Assembly: GCA_964016885.1 (NCBI GenBank)
Contig: OZ024744.1
Span: 43,400,001 to 43,464,000 of the forward strand
Direction: 5' to 3'
DNA: 64,000 bases
Source of the DNA: Eledone cirrhosa
Lineage: Eukaryota
How positions within the stretch are numbered: the first letter of the stretch is position 1; each line of letters begins with the position of its first letter. The notes below the pieces were generated by a model. The model was not told the origin of the DNA. It made no database searches and was given only the letters and a program-made list of their open reading frames with translations. This document shows, piece after piece, positions 12,601 through 24,800 of this stretch. The position numbers were made by a program, and so were the translations under genes.

Positions 12601-13728
12601 CACATGTCCTATGTTTTTTCGTAGGTCAGCACTCATTTTTTTCTAATTTAGTTATATATTATGGCATTTTTGGTGGTGTTTTGTTCTTGTTAATATCTCT
12701 GCTATCACCAAAATAATGCTTCACTGTCATTGCTAAGGCATATAAACAGGCGTTGATTTGCCAAAATGTTGGGCTTTTTATCCGTCGTAAATATTCATCC
12801 CCTATTTCGTCAATAACACGTAGTATTTCATTATTTGGTTTTTTTTTTCACCATTGTCATTTTAACCCGTTCAGCCAGAGAGATATTTATACATGAGCTA
12901 ATTTCTCTCTGGAAGATTTCGTTGAGGGAAATTTTCAATTCTTTATACTTTTGATTATCATTATCGATAGTATTTTCCACAACAGTCGAGGTAGACTCAG
13001 ATGGTATACGTGGTGTCACATTTATTCGATTATTATTATTATCGATAGTGTTTTCCCCAGCATTCGAGGTAGACTAGGATGGTACAGGCATAGTTGTTTC
13101 AAGGCGCTGTTCGACCTGGCTGCTAGGAAGTCTAGTAGCATGGCGATCTGTAGCACGTGTTGTGGATTCCATGTTTGTTGTGGGGGACTTACAATTAATA
13201 ATATTTATCTTATTTTTACGTTCAACAAACGTCGCTTGTTGACGTAATTGTTTCGCTGTGAAATAATTTAGCTCTGGGTGCATTTCGTCCCAGTGTAGCT
13301 GCATTCTATTCATATAGCCAATGGAGGGATTGTTTTTTGCCATTTTATAACAATTAAATAAATCATCATTAAGTTCGCAACTCCAAGAGAAATGCGATTT
13401 ATAATTTCGGTTTCTTCTGTAACTACAACTAAATAAAGTTTGGTTACCTTCTTTGTTTTTTGTCTTCGATACTTCCTTAATTTTCTTGTTGATGTTGTGT
13501 TCAACCATGCTGTTTGTAGCAAATCCTTGTAAAATGAATTATGTATTTAGTCGGATATCTCTACGAATTCGAATAAAAGGTGTCTTCAGAAGGGATAGTT
13601 AGAAGAATAACCAGTTATTCAACCTGGCTGTAGTTGTGGCATTACTGTCGGAGATAGTATTCATCTTAAATTTAATAAATAGTCTCCCACGCCAAAATAT
13701 GCGACTGATCGCGTTGACTGATGGAGTT
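9627..13728 (-). mobile_element. Near full-length, degenerate R4/Dong-like non-LTR retrotransposon (RT + restriction-like endonuclease)
   Basis: YKKAFDSVPH, GIFQGDSLS, FVGDLKLY, GGRGL, CKLC..SC zinc motif, RHDVVAK, NRPD; stops at 10937 and ~10148, frameshift near 11767; (TATG)n on both flanks. Confidence 0.9.
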
Positions 13729-13789
13729 ATGTAATGTATGTATGTATGTATGTATGTATGTATATCTAGGGCGGGTAAAATTCCCGAGA

Positions 13790-16700
13790 TAATTTTTATC
13801 TCTATGTTCTCTAATGTGCCTCTTTGTTCTATTTTGGCATGTTGGTGGAGTACTGATAAGTTTTTCCCATCCTAGACTTCTCGCTAGTGTTCACTTATCC
13901 TTTCTCCTATGCTCCGGGATGTTTCACCTATGTATGTTATATTCTTACACTGTCCGTCAGTACATCTTATGCTATATACTACGTTCCTAGTTTTGCGATT
14001 TGTTTGAGGACTTAGCTTGCAGACTATGCGTTTCCTATCAGCACAGGGGCATCTTTGAAATGAGTGTGTTTTGCTAATTAGGGTTTTTATGGGAATACCT
14101 GGTCTTTCAACTATCTTAATATTTGGTTTGAGCCAGTCTAGGGCCCATCTAAATATGTAAGCTAGGGGTTGTAGTGACGAACATTATACTCTGGTATTTA
14201 TTGCTATCATACTGTAGTGACCTACATTCCGCGGGCTCACATACAATCTCTGTGCGTGATTTGGCTCAGTTCAGCCAATCAGCGCCAGTAGAAGAGGATG
14301 TATCCCTACGCGCCCTGAGGAAGAAATTCCCCGCGAAGATTTGAAGAATCTCTCTCTTGTACCAGAAACTTCGAGCCAGCAACACGCATAATGTAACAGT
14401 GAGATTTGCACCCTAGCCTCGCCGGCTTAACGGCACATTCCCTTGTGTAACCTCTTTGTATCTGTAACTTCAACTATATAAATAAACAAACATTTCATCT
14501 CTAATTACTGCTGTTGAAATCGTTGTTATGTTACTCGTGTCTCAATGAAATCTATAATCCATGCTGCTGGAATTGGCGACCTGACGAAAGGAATATTGTA
14601 AATAGATGGTAAATAGATCGAGGGACCTTCCCTCACGTCTATGTCAACAAGATAACCCAACGAGGATACTATCACTTACCACACTGGCAACTAACGGCCT
14701 TCAATCATCTACCCTGTTAAAGTAACGACCACTGATTCTACCACCCTGCTAAAGTGGCGATAACATCCATAACCAATAACTGCTAAAGTGGTGACCGACG
14801 TAAGAATTTTACGCAGCCCTTCCTTTTCATTCAGTTGAACTTTTATTGCCACGTTTCCAACCTTTTCGCAACTTGCGAAAATAAAAAATATTCCTTTTAA
14901 GATTTTTGAAAAATTAGCAGTATTTCAAAAACTTTTCGCCACAAAGAAATTTCAAAATGGCTACCGACAAGTCCTGTCTTCGATCAACAAAGACAGCAGC
15001 AGCAGCGACAACATTGTTTAGCCACTGACCAAAACAGGGAACAGTGAGTGGCAGCTTCATAGCCTTACCGACGCAAACTACCACACATCGGAAATTTCAA
15101 AACGGCTTGTAACTTTACCGACGCAACCACCATACCTTCTGTCTCGTTACCACAGGGACTCGAGAATACATCTAATCCCTAACGGCATTAACAAACTTCT
15201 TTTTCAGTTTTCAGATAGAACTAGTGTCTGTACACTGGTGATGTGTGAACTATTTGACTTTGAAAAACTTTGAACTTATTGAGCAATTTCTCTGCTCCCT
15301 TAGATTGACTTTGAATTATCAGTTTGTTACCTTCACATATTTCTTTGTAGAATGCATTTGCTTGTTTTGTGCTCTTTTGCTATTTGTTTGCTCATGGTTT
15401 TTGTTCATTCACATTCTTTGCTGTTTTACATGCCTGCATATGCACACATTTTTTTTATCACACACCAACATGTTGTTCTTGGTATATGTTCTTCAAACGT
15501 AATATTCTGCGAGTCCCTTTTCACCTGGTTGAGATGCTGCCACATGCTAGCAGCTCACAGAGCTTAATCCACTGGATTCAAACAGGCACCGCAACACGAG
15601 AATTCTAATTGCAGCTGAACTCAAACAGCTTCGCATCTCGTTGCACACTGATCGTCCATGACGGCCATCCGTCTTGTTGTTTTTGCCCGACTCGCTGGGA
15701 AGGCAACAAATTGAACTGGACTTGTCAATATTTCAGCCACTTCTGTGGATTCGCCCGAATTATGGAATTTACACTGCAACCCACCTACGGATTAAACTTG
15801 CCTTTTTTTCTTTACAAAGCAACCAGCCATTTTTTCCTGGCTCCACAGCACATTCGACAATACATCTGGGGGCCATCATTTTCTCGCCAGCACTGGTAAA
15901 CTACCATAATAGCTTCGTTCACAGCTACTGGTACAACGCTTACCATTAACATTTAATGCAAGAACAGCAACTTCGCCCATGTCAGACTTTATCTGTTTTC
16001 TGGTAGGCCCTTGAGGGTCTCGTTTAAACTACAAAACAGCTAGTCATTTGACAGCGGCTCAACACGGCCCGTCGCGCCTAATTTATTTTTTGTTCTTGCA
16101 TGAATCTTTCTGCTCAATTATTTTTTCACTGATGTGCTCTTTCAGCATTTGTTCTTGCTGATTCAATAATATGTGGGTCCTTGGTTTCTTCGTTATCGAT
16201 TTTCGGCTGAAAATCTGGTTGGAGGTGATGTAGTGACCTACATTCCGCTGGCTCACATACATTCTCTGTGCGTGATTTGGCTCAGTTCAGCCAATCAGCG
16301 CCAGTAGAAGAGGATGTATCCCTACGCCCCCTGAGGAAGAAATTCCCCGCGAAGATTTGAAGAATCTCTCTCTTGAACCAGAAACTTCGAGCCAGCAACA
16401 CGCATAATGTAACAGTGAGATTTGCACCCTATCCTCGCCGGCTTAACGGCACAATGGCACATTCCCTTTTGTAACCTCTTTGTATCTGTAACTTCAACTA
16501 TATAAATAAACAAACATTTCATCTCTAATTACTGCTGTTGAAATCGTTGTTATGTTACTCGTGTCTCAATGAAATCTATAATCCATGCTGCTGGAATTGG
16601 CGACCTGACGAAAGGAATATTGTAAATAGATGGTAAATAGATCGAGGGACCTTCCCTCACGTCTATGTCAACAAGATAACCCAACGAGGATACTATCACT

Positions 16701-16900
16701 TACCACACTGGCAACTAACGACCTTCAATCATCTACCCTGTTAAAGTGGCGACTACTCTATAACCAAGAACTGCTAAAATACCATGATTTTGCCTTATTC
16801 TTAATCCTCTCTATTCTGTTCCAAAATTTGCTCCTATACATGGGGAAAGTTCCATATATATATTAATAAAAACGATGAAGATTCGTTTGCATGTATTTAG
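13790..16900 (-). mobile_element. Penelope-like element fragment (linker + GIY-YIG) split by an LTR element
   Basis: YRSKFWNRIERIKNKAKSWY (16779-16850) joins DSNKYQSIMFV..IVERPG..NVVYSIRC..TYIGETSRSIGERISEH (14212-13790) once the insert and one TSD are removed. Confidence 0.75.
14213..16778 (+). mobile_element. Non-autonomous LTR retroelement (TRIM/LARD-like), 2566 bp
   Basis: LTRs 14213-14787 and 16229-16778, 4-bp TSD ATAC (14209-14212, 16779-16782), PBS-like TGGTGACCGACGT at 14789, purine-rich GGAGGTGA before the 3' LTR, no recognisable gag/pol. Confidence 0.9.
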
Positions 16901-17687
16901 ATTTTGTATTGTGTCAGCCTGCTACGCGTCTTTCGTAGCGGATTGGGTCAGTGTCACCCATAGAAATTATGAATCCGACTCCATTATCGATCTCTCTTCT
17001 TACTGGTGATCCGACAAAAAATATAGTATATATATATATGTATGTGTGTGTGTGTGTGTGTGTGTGGAGGGAGAGAGTAAGGGAAAGATTATATTATTTA
17101 TTCAAGTGTGAGCTACATGAGCTCTGATATAGAGTTACTGTCCTTGCTTTCAAACTGTTTCCCCTTCTTTTTTCACTATGTGGGACGTTTCCCTCACCAC
17201 ATCACATTGAATGATGTTATTTAAAGAGTGACAATTTTAGTGTCTTTTAGGCATAACTGGAGCTTATTGGTCTTAACCACGGTGATACTTAGTGTCGCGG
17301 GGGTTTAACTCCTTTTCTCATTCAACGAGGGAAAATGATTCCATGTTTCGTGACATACTCCAGCGCTAAAATTGTCACTTCAGCCAATGTTTAAAATACA
17401 GCCACTCACAAGGCAGCAGAGGAACAGAAGATGTTTTTTTTTACAATCTCTCCTCACTTCTGCGACTAGCGTTTCCCTCCGTTGAGAGGAAGGGTATCAT
17501 GCCTGAGAAATAAGTCCTGAGAGATACATTGGCTTATACAGCTAATATTGCTAGTCTTCTTGTCTGTGGGCGGCGTAAAACAGACAAGTTGTTTAGAAGT
17601 TGTGTACTTATATTTTGGAGAAATAAAATTATATCTTAGTGTGTTATTTACAATTTAACAAACTGGGTTTATTATAACGTACTTTAA

Positions 17688-17900
17688 GGGCGGTGGTTGG
17701 CAGTTTGGTAGAGTGTCGGACAGCATGCTTTGTGGCATATAGTTACAGCATTTTACGTTCTGAGTTCAAAACTTACCGAGATTAGCTTTGCCTTTAACAT
17801 GTACGGGGTCGATAAAATAAACTACTAGTAATGCACTAGGGTAGATTTAATCGATTTTCCCTTCAAATTGCTGATTTGTCTGGCCAAATGTAGAAACAAT
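17688..17900 (+). mobile_element. tRNA-derived Nin-domain SINE just inside intron 1
   Basis: A-box-like TGGCAGTTTGGTAGAG, B-box-like GAGTTCAAAAC, GGGGTCGATAAAATAA core, GTAGAAACAATT tail. Confidence 0.75.
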
Positions 17901-17910
17901 TGTAACTTAC

Positions 17911-18130
17911 CAGGCTGCATATCGATTATGGCCGATTCATTAACATTCGCTGTGGCTGTTGGTAACTCCACAGACTCAGGATCGATAGATGTTATATTAA
18001 ATTGTTGCAGTTTCTGTTGCCGTCGTCGGAGTCGTTTTTCACGATAACAAGGAAATATGGACTCAGCAAGCCGTCGGGCTCTTTCAGCACATCTTGAGAG
18101 AAACTTCCGGCGCTTTTTACGCTCCGACAT
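17911..18130 (-). CDS. Putative first coding exon of an unannotated microexon-repeat gene (MSERKKRRKFLSRCAERARRLAESIFPC...IIDMQP/G)
   Basis: ATG at 18130, 73 open codons +1 nt, then CCTG|GTAAGT donor (17910-17905); phase 1 matches all downstream microexons; non-repetitive, basic N-terminus. Confidence 0.6.
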
Positions 18131-18654
18131 TATCAAACGAATAGAAGAAGAAACAACAAAAAACAAGCAAACACAAAAACAAATAAGATCAGTTCTCAAA
18201 CACTCAACCAATCAAACAAACAATCAGACAATGTAGATCAATTATCAGCAGTAATAAATTTCTGGATTGTTATACAGAAGAATATTTGTATAAAATACAA
18301 AATACACTTGTACACTTTCGAGAAAATATTTCACTAATGACAGAAAATATTGAAATAGTATGAATCTATACGTATACATACATATATACGTACACAGATA
18401 CATACATACAACATATATACATACATAAACACATACATAAATACCTACATACCTACAAACATACATACACACCTACATGCACACACACATATATGCATGT
18501 ATATATGTGTGTGTGTGTGTGTATGTATGTGTTATAACAGAATGTGAATATCTATTTAACACACAACCATGACGTCATAATTTGAAATCGAGAAAAACCG
18601 TGAAAATCTATTAAAAAATGTTAACATCATAGATTGGAACGCACGAGGCCCCGA

Positions 18655-19460
18655 TTGTTGTTGTTGTTGTGGTGGTGGTGGTGGTGGTGTGGTGGTAGTG
18701 GTGGTGGTAGTGATGACGGCGGTGGTGGTGGTGGTGGTGGTAGTTGGGTGGCGGTGGTGGTTTGGTGGTGGTGAGGGTAGTGGTGGTGGTTTTGTGGTGG
18801 TGGTGGTGGTTTGTTGTTGTTGGGAGTGGTGGTGATGATGGAGCGGGTGGTGGTGGTGGTGTTTGTGGTGGTAGTGGTGTTGGTGGTGATGGCGGTACTG
18901 GTCTTGTTTGTGGGTGTGGTGCTGGTGGTGGTGATGGTGCTGGTGATGATGCTGGTGGTGGTGATGATGTTGGTGGTGTTAGTGGTGGTGTTGGTGGTTT
19001 TGGTTGTGGTGTTGGTGGTGGTTTGGGTTGTGGTGCTGGTGCTGGTGTGGTGATTGTGGTGGTAGTGGTAGTGATGGTAGTGGTGGTGGTGGTGGTGGCG
19101 GTGGTGGTAATGTTGGTGGCGGCGGTGGTGGTGGTGGTGGTAGTGGTTTGTTGATCGCGGTATTGGTGCTGGTGGTAGTGGTAGTGGTAGTAGTGGTGGT
19201 GGTGGTGATGGTATGGTGGTGTTGTGAGTGGTCTTTTTTGCTGTGGAGGTGGTGGTGGCGGTTTTGTGGGTGGTGTTTTTTGTTGTGGTAGTGGTGGTAT
19301 TGGTTGTGGTGGTGCTGGTGGTGTTGTTGTTGGTGGTGGTGTTTCTGGTGGGCGTCGTGATTGTGGTGGTGGTGGTGGTTGTGGTGGTGGTGGTGGTGGT
19401 GGTGGTTGTGGTGGTGGTGGTGTTGCTGGTGGTGGTGGTGGTGTTGTTGCTGGTGTTGTT
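18655..19460. repeat. (GGT)n-rich degenerate trinucleotide tract
   Basis: Direct reading; source of the poly-V/G/H/P pseudo-ORFs. Confidence 0.95.
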
Positions 19461-19560
19461 GGCTAAGAACTATCACGTGGCTAGGGGTCAAGGCAGAAAG
19501 TTTGTGACACCAGTCACAAACTTTCTGCCTTGACCGCTAGCCACGTGATAGTTCTTAGCC
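19461..19560. repeat. 100-bp near-perfect palindrome (48-bp arms, 1 mismatch, ACCA loop)
   Basis: GGCTAAGAACTATCACGTGGCTAG...TTTGTGAC-ACCA-GTCACAAA...CTAGCCACGTGATAGTTCTTAGCC. Confidence 0.95.
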
Positions 19561-19997
19561 ATGTTGAATTCATTTCTGGCGGGGATCATGGTAGAAGAAA
19601 CTTAGTCCAGTCTGAGGTATCTCCTGAAGAGTTCGAGGCCTCGTGGATGTATCCAAGATCGGATATTTCCAAAAAGTGGAACGAAACCACCGGTGGTCGA
19701 GACTACGAGCATATTGGTAAAATTTATGTTCATTTTTTCTTTAAACTTCTATTTTGTACCTAATTCCGTGTAGTTAACTATTTGTCTAGTCAATTTCTAC
19801 AGGCTAGAAGAAATAATTAGATAAGTGTCATATGGCTGTACATCGCGGAAAATAATCTGTATCATTTGTCTACTACTTCTTCACAAGTACATTTAAAACT
19901 TATTGCCCCCTTTAAATGATTTATTTATGTGGTTAATTTATACTGATTGAGAGAGGAAATACTGTATATATTTTATCTAATGGTTCTTCGGACTTGC

Positions 19998-20131
<134 letters not shown>

Positions 20132-20138
20132 GGGGAGG

Positions 20139-20339
20139 AGTATGACCCCCCGACGGCAGAGCTCAAGCCGTTTTGACGGCTGTTTCTGGACTAAGTATGA
20201 ATTTAGTTCAGAAATAGCCGTGGAAACGGCTTGAGCTCTGCCGTCGAGGTCATACTTTTTCCTATTTCCCACTCTACTACCCTAAGTATTGAGTACTCTG
20301 GTGCGTTATGTTCCATTTAGTTCCTTACCAAAATTCTTT

Positions 20340-20433
<94 letters not shown>

Positions 20434-20639
20434 GGGGAGGAGTATGACCCCGACGGCAGAGCTCAAGCCGTTTTGACGGCTGTTTCTGGACTAAGTATGA
20501 ATTTAGTTCAGAAATAGCCGTGGAAACGGCTTGAGCTCTGCCGTCGAGGTCATACTTTTTCCTATTTCCCACTCTACTACCCTAAGTATTGAGTACTCTG
20601 GTGCGTTATGTTCCATTTAGTTCCTTACCAAAATTCTTT

Positions 20640-20645
<6 letters not shown>
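20139..20645. repeat. Two tandem 300-bp units, each with a ~117-bp MITE-like hairpin (20139-20256, 20441-20556) after (TA)n(GA)n; partial copy at ~25150-25257
   Basis: AGTATGACC..CGACGGCAGAGCTCAAGCCGTTT / AAACGGCTTGAGCTCTGCCGTCGAGGTCATACT inverted arms. Confidence 0.85.
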
Positions 20646-20712
<67 letters not shown>

Positions 20713-20859
20713 AGGAAGTTATAGTTCACTTGAAGCATTGTGTAATGAGGTATAAACGTTTGTATATGTATAATAAAGCCAAAAGAATGCAGGTATGGAC
20801 ATAGAATAAAGAATGCAAATGCAAAAGATATTGTTGACAATTAGTCTTTTACCTTAGAT

Positions 20860-21878
20860 TTATTTAAATTTTCGAGATAATATTTCGGAGGGAAGTAGAA
20901 CGGTTAAACCAGTGTTCTAAATAGCTTGCCAAGTCATGCTGACAGGAAATGGTATAGAGTATCTGTTCTATCTCTAATGTCAAAGAGTTAAGGTTAGGTG
21001 GATAAAGAGTAGTCTCCCTTTGAAAGATGTGTTTTTGTACATGCCCGTTTAAGTGTGTGGGAGAATGGATGAATGTGTAAGTATGTAAGTGTGTGTGTGT
21101 GAGTGTGAGAAGATATGTCTATACGTAAATGTGGAGGATAGATGTTATCTCGTGTTAGAACTGGTCTTTGTGTGTGTATGTGTGTGTGAGAGAGAATAAG
21201 TGGAGGTCTAAGGGTTTGTGTGTATGTGTGTGTGCGTGCGTGTGTGTGTCCGTGTGTGTGTGTGGGGTGTGTGTAAATATGGGGCTAGAAGCTCTATCAA
21301 GTTATAAATTGGGTGTTGAGTTCTAGTCTATTATAGATTGGTGGTTGTGTTTTGTCTATAATTAGTGCTTCCTTAATTCTAAGATTACTGAGGTTTCTTT
21401 CCTTAGTTTCTATCCTAACTGTTATGGTTTTGTCGGTATTTTTGCATTTAACTAGGTGTTTCTTAAATGAGGAAGCGTTAGTATTGAGGTGTTCTTTTAT
21501 TCTTATGTGGAGTGGTCTGGTGGTGCTACCTACGTAGAAGTTGCTGCATTTGTCACACTCTAGTCTGTATACGACGTAAGCCTGGTGGCATAGGTCTGTG
21601 TCGTTGATGGGGCAGTTGGCTAGCCTGCAGCAGTTGTCATGTCTGGTGGAGTGTCTTTTGGTTAGTTGTCCGCGTAGAGAAGGACCTGAGTGGCCCAGTT
21701 GGATATCTAGTCCCTCTCGTCTGATAGCTCTGCGGATGGCTGTTGTTGTTTCGTCACTGAAGTGTGGGAGCTTCAGGAAGCAAGTGTTAGTGCCTCGGGT
21801 GTGGTGTCCTCTGTTCTTTCTGGCACGGTTTGTGGTTGATGTCGTGTATCCGTTCAGTTTGAGTACTTCCAGGGAATG
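20860..21878 (-). mobile_element. Penelope-like element 3' part (family B) with GIY-YIG endonuclease
   Basis: LKLNGY...FLKLPHFSD...CRLANCP..LC..YVVYRLECDKCSNFYVGSTTRPLHIRIKEH...EALII..QP..N. Confidence 0.85.
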
Positions 21879-23760
21879 TGTTGATAGAGCCGGGTCTTAA
21901 AGTCACAAGCGGTTAATCGTATATAATCTTTGTTGGAGGTGTCCGTCCTCACGTTGCAACGGTAGATCACGTTACGTTCTCGGCGTCTGTTGTTGAGGGG
22001 GCACGTAGATCTATCAGGGCAGTTACACCTCCTGGCCGGCTCTCCACTAATGTCTAGGTTGTTTCTTCCATATTAGTTGATTTTTTCGTCGTTTGAGGAG
22101 ACTATGTTTTGTGCGAAGTTAGGTGTGGTGCTGTAGGAGAGCTTGATAGTGTTTTTGTTGATTATATTGTGGTAGTGGTGTTGTAGTGGGAAGTATTTTT
22201 CGAGGACCCTAAAGAAGATTTTCCCGATAAGTGTTGCTACCTCGGTATTATGGGGAGGATTGAACCACGTTACGTGGCGTGAGCGGAGCGTCGCCTGCTG
22301 GTTCCCCTAAGGGAAGCTGGTTAAAAAGATATTTCCTCCCGGAAGCCACTCCGCTTGAGGGCCTGGTTGTAATGAGGCGCATGTTCGTCGAATATCTGCT
22401 CATTAGCGGACAAACGAGATATGAAGAGGGAGATGTTTTTAACCAGGTTATTGGTGATGTTTCTAGGATGTTTAGTGCGGCGGTGGATGTAGTGCAGGTT
22501 GTCGTTTGGTTTCCTATAAGGGTAGTACAGATCAGTTTCGAGGTTGAGGGTAACGTCCAAGAAATTGTCTCGGGTTAGGGACGTTTGTATGGTGATTTTG
22601 AATCCCAGTCCCGGAAGAAGTTGATTAGTTGTTTATGGACCCGGTCTGTACTACTGGGGTTGTACCCTTTGAGGGTTAGGAGCCCATCGTCTCGGTACAA
22701 TCCACCGCCAAATTCAGGAAACATTTCGGTGAGTTTAAATAGTAGGAATAATCCTATAAGATCGGTCACCTCGGCCGAATCGGTCGCGCCCATACATACG
22801 TCGAAACGGGGAGTCGGGAGCTCTCTTTATCGATTTGGAGTTGTCGAAAAGTAGGACTGTCTTCCTGGCGTGGAGAATGATATTTCTTTCCTGGTTGGTG
22901 ATGGGTGTGAGTGTTTTGGCAAAGTCCAAGGCGGCCGTAAGGAGCGCTAAGGTAATAGATGCATAGTAACTCTCTATGTCAAACTGGATGAATTTTGTAT
23001 CCCGTTTGTACTCAATATTCCTGAACCATGAGATTACTTCCTGGGTGCTGACCCATAGGCCAAGTGTCGCGTTTTGCTTAAATTTTGGTATAAAGCAGTC
23101 TAGGATCTTTTCACTGATTCTCTCTATATCCGACTTCGTCGGGTTTAAAAGCCTGATGGCTGGTTTGCTGTCGAAGTTGGATTTGTGGTCCTTCAGTGTG
23201 AAGTAGGTAGTCTGTGGGTCGAGCGGTTCAGTGCGGTTTGCGACCCCGAGGCTGGAGGTAATTTGTTGTCCATCTAGATTTGTGTACTCGATAATTGAAC
23301 GGTTAGCCTTTTTATGGGTAGAGTTTAGGCTGCTCCTGATCAGTCTGTTATATCTGTCCGGGTTGACGAAATAAAGGTTTCAAGTTTTGTCCGAGTGCAC
23401 TAGGATGTCATTGGCGCTTCCATACTCCGTTATTTTGCTACGGAACTGTTGTAGGAATCTGTTGTGTCTGGGTTTGAATTTAATACCCTTGACCAGTTGG
23501 AAAAGGTCGTTCTCGATGGGTGAGAGCATAGGGTTAGGTGGGGAAGATTTGTAGGTATTGAATCCGAATCTCTCCTTGGTGTCGAAGTCCTGGTTGTCGC
23601 GGTATCTATCGTAGAAAAATGTTCTCCATCTTAGTCTTTTCGTAAAAAGATCGAATTTTTTGCTTGAGCATCCGAAGGTAAAGTTTTCTCGGTGGAATTG
23701 GAATGTTCTTGGTGGAGAAGTCGATAATGTGTTTTCGCATGGTGTGGGTAAAGAAACTTG
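21879..23760 (-). mobile_element. Penelope-like element (family A, tentatively Naiad/Chlamys-type): RT and start of GIY-YIG, degenerate
   Basis: DFSTKNIPIP, FIQFDIESYYASIT, SAEVTDLIGL, GLYRDDGL, LDVTLNL, WFNPP, CNCPDR..CPLNN. Confidence 0.88.
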
Positions 23761-23854
23761 AGCTGGGTGGAAAAGTCAGGATATGGCGTGGTAGGGTCGG
23801 AAAGTGCTCTACTACGGAGGTAGGAGCTAAATAACGAAGGAGTTGTGGTAAGGA

Positions 23855-24800
23855 ACCAGATGGAGAGCCGACCAGGAGGTGTAACTGCCCTGATAGATAT
23901 ACGTGCCCCCTCAACAACAGATGCCGAGAGCGTAACGTGATCTCCCAGTGCAACCTGAGGACGGACACCTCCAACAAAGCTTATATAGGATTAACCGCTT
24001 GTGACTTTAAGGTCCGGTTCTATCAACACCGACATACGTTCCGAAATCCGTCGGTCGACATGCCACTACACTTTCGGGCCACATCTGGGACCTCCAAGAT
24101 AATAATATAATTTACAATCTTACTTGGAGCTTACTGTCCTGAGCTAACTCTTACATGGGAGGACGCCGTCCGTGTAACTTATGCTCGGAGGAAACATTAC
24201 AAATGCTGTTTACGAAGGATCAACCCCTAAACAAAAAAGACGAACTGGTAACTGCATGCAAACACAGATTGCGTAAGACTTACCTCGCCCTCAAACCCCC
24301 TAACCATCCGGATGGGTAGACAAGAGCTGAAACACCCCACTTGCCGAATAATATAGGGGAAACCCCAGCTTACATAGGTAGTTTTACCTCTTTTCTTTTC
24401 CTCTATGTTTTCTTCTTCCCTTTGTCTCCTCCTATCACTTCCTTACACCACCGATCTTCTTCCTCGTTCTTTTTTCCCCTCTTTCGCCTACCCTGAGGCA
24501 GCCCATCTGACCTCTGTAGCCTCAGTACCCCCACCCCAGTAACTTAAAGATAGCATTGGCCGAATACGCTACACTAACTAATCATAGCAGCTGTGTTAGA
24601 TCCCAGAGATTTTATATTACATTTTACTCCCCAATTCTACAATTTCAATAATTCTTATTTAGTATCTTCTATTCTCAACTCATTCTATAGCATTGGCTGA
24701 AGAGGCAACACCAAGAATATGGCAGCTGTTTTAGACTCCATAGTTTTTGTTTTTTATCACTTCTTACTATCCAATTTTATATTTTTATATATCTTTCTCT
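23855..24800 (+). mobile_element. Inverted 3' end/pseudo-LTR of family A PLE with GIY-YIG domain
   Basis: 23860-24028 is the reverse complement of 21879-22047; AYIGLT..FKVRFYQH..CNLCSEE..LNKKDEL..CKH, stop ~24319; decayed CTGAAGAGGC hammerhead-like core ~24697. Confidence 0.85.

Noticed and set aside
18744-19533. Poly-Gly/Val/His/Pro ORFs
   Set aside because: (GGT)n tract open in many frames; no splice or domain support
24140-24160. In-frame TGA in the PLE GIY-YIG domain as possible selenocysteine (some Naiad PLEs encode selenoproteins)
   Set aside because: Not at a conserved Cys position (those are TGT/TGC here); likely CGA>TGA decay in a copy that is also frameshifted; no SECIS recognised
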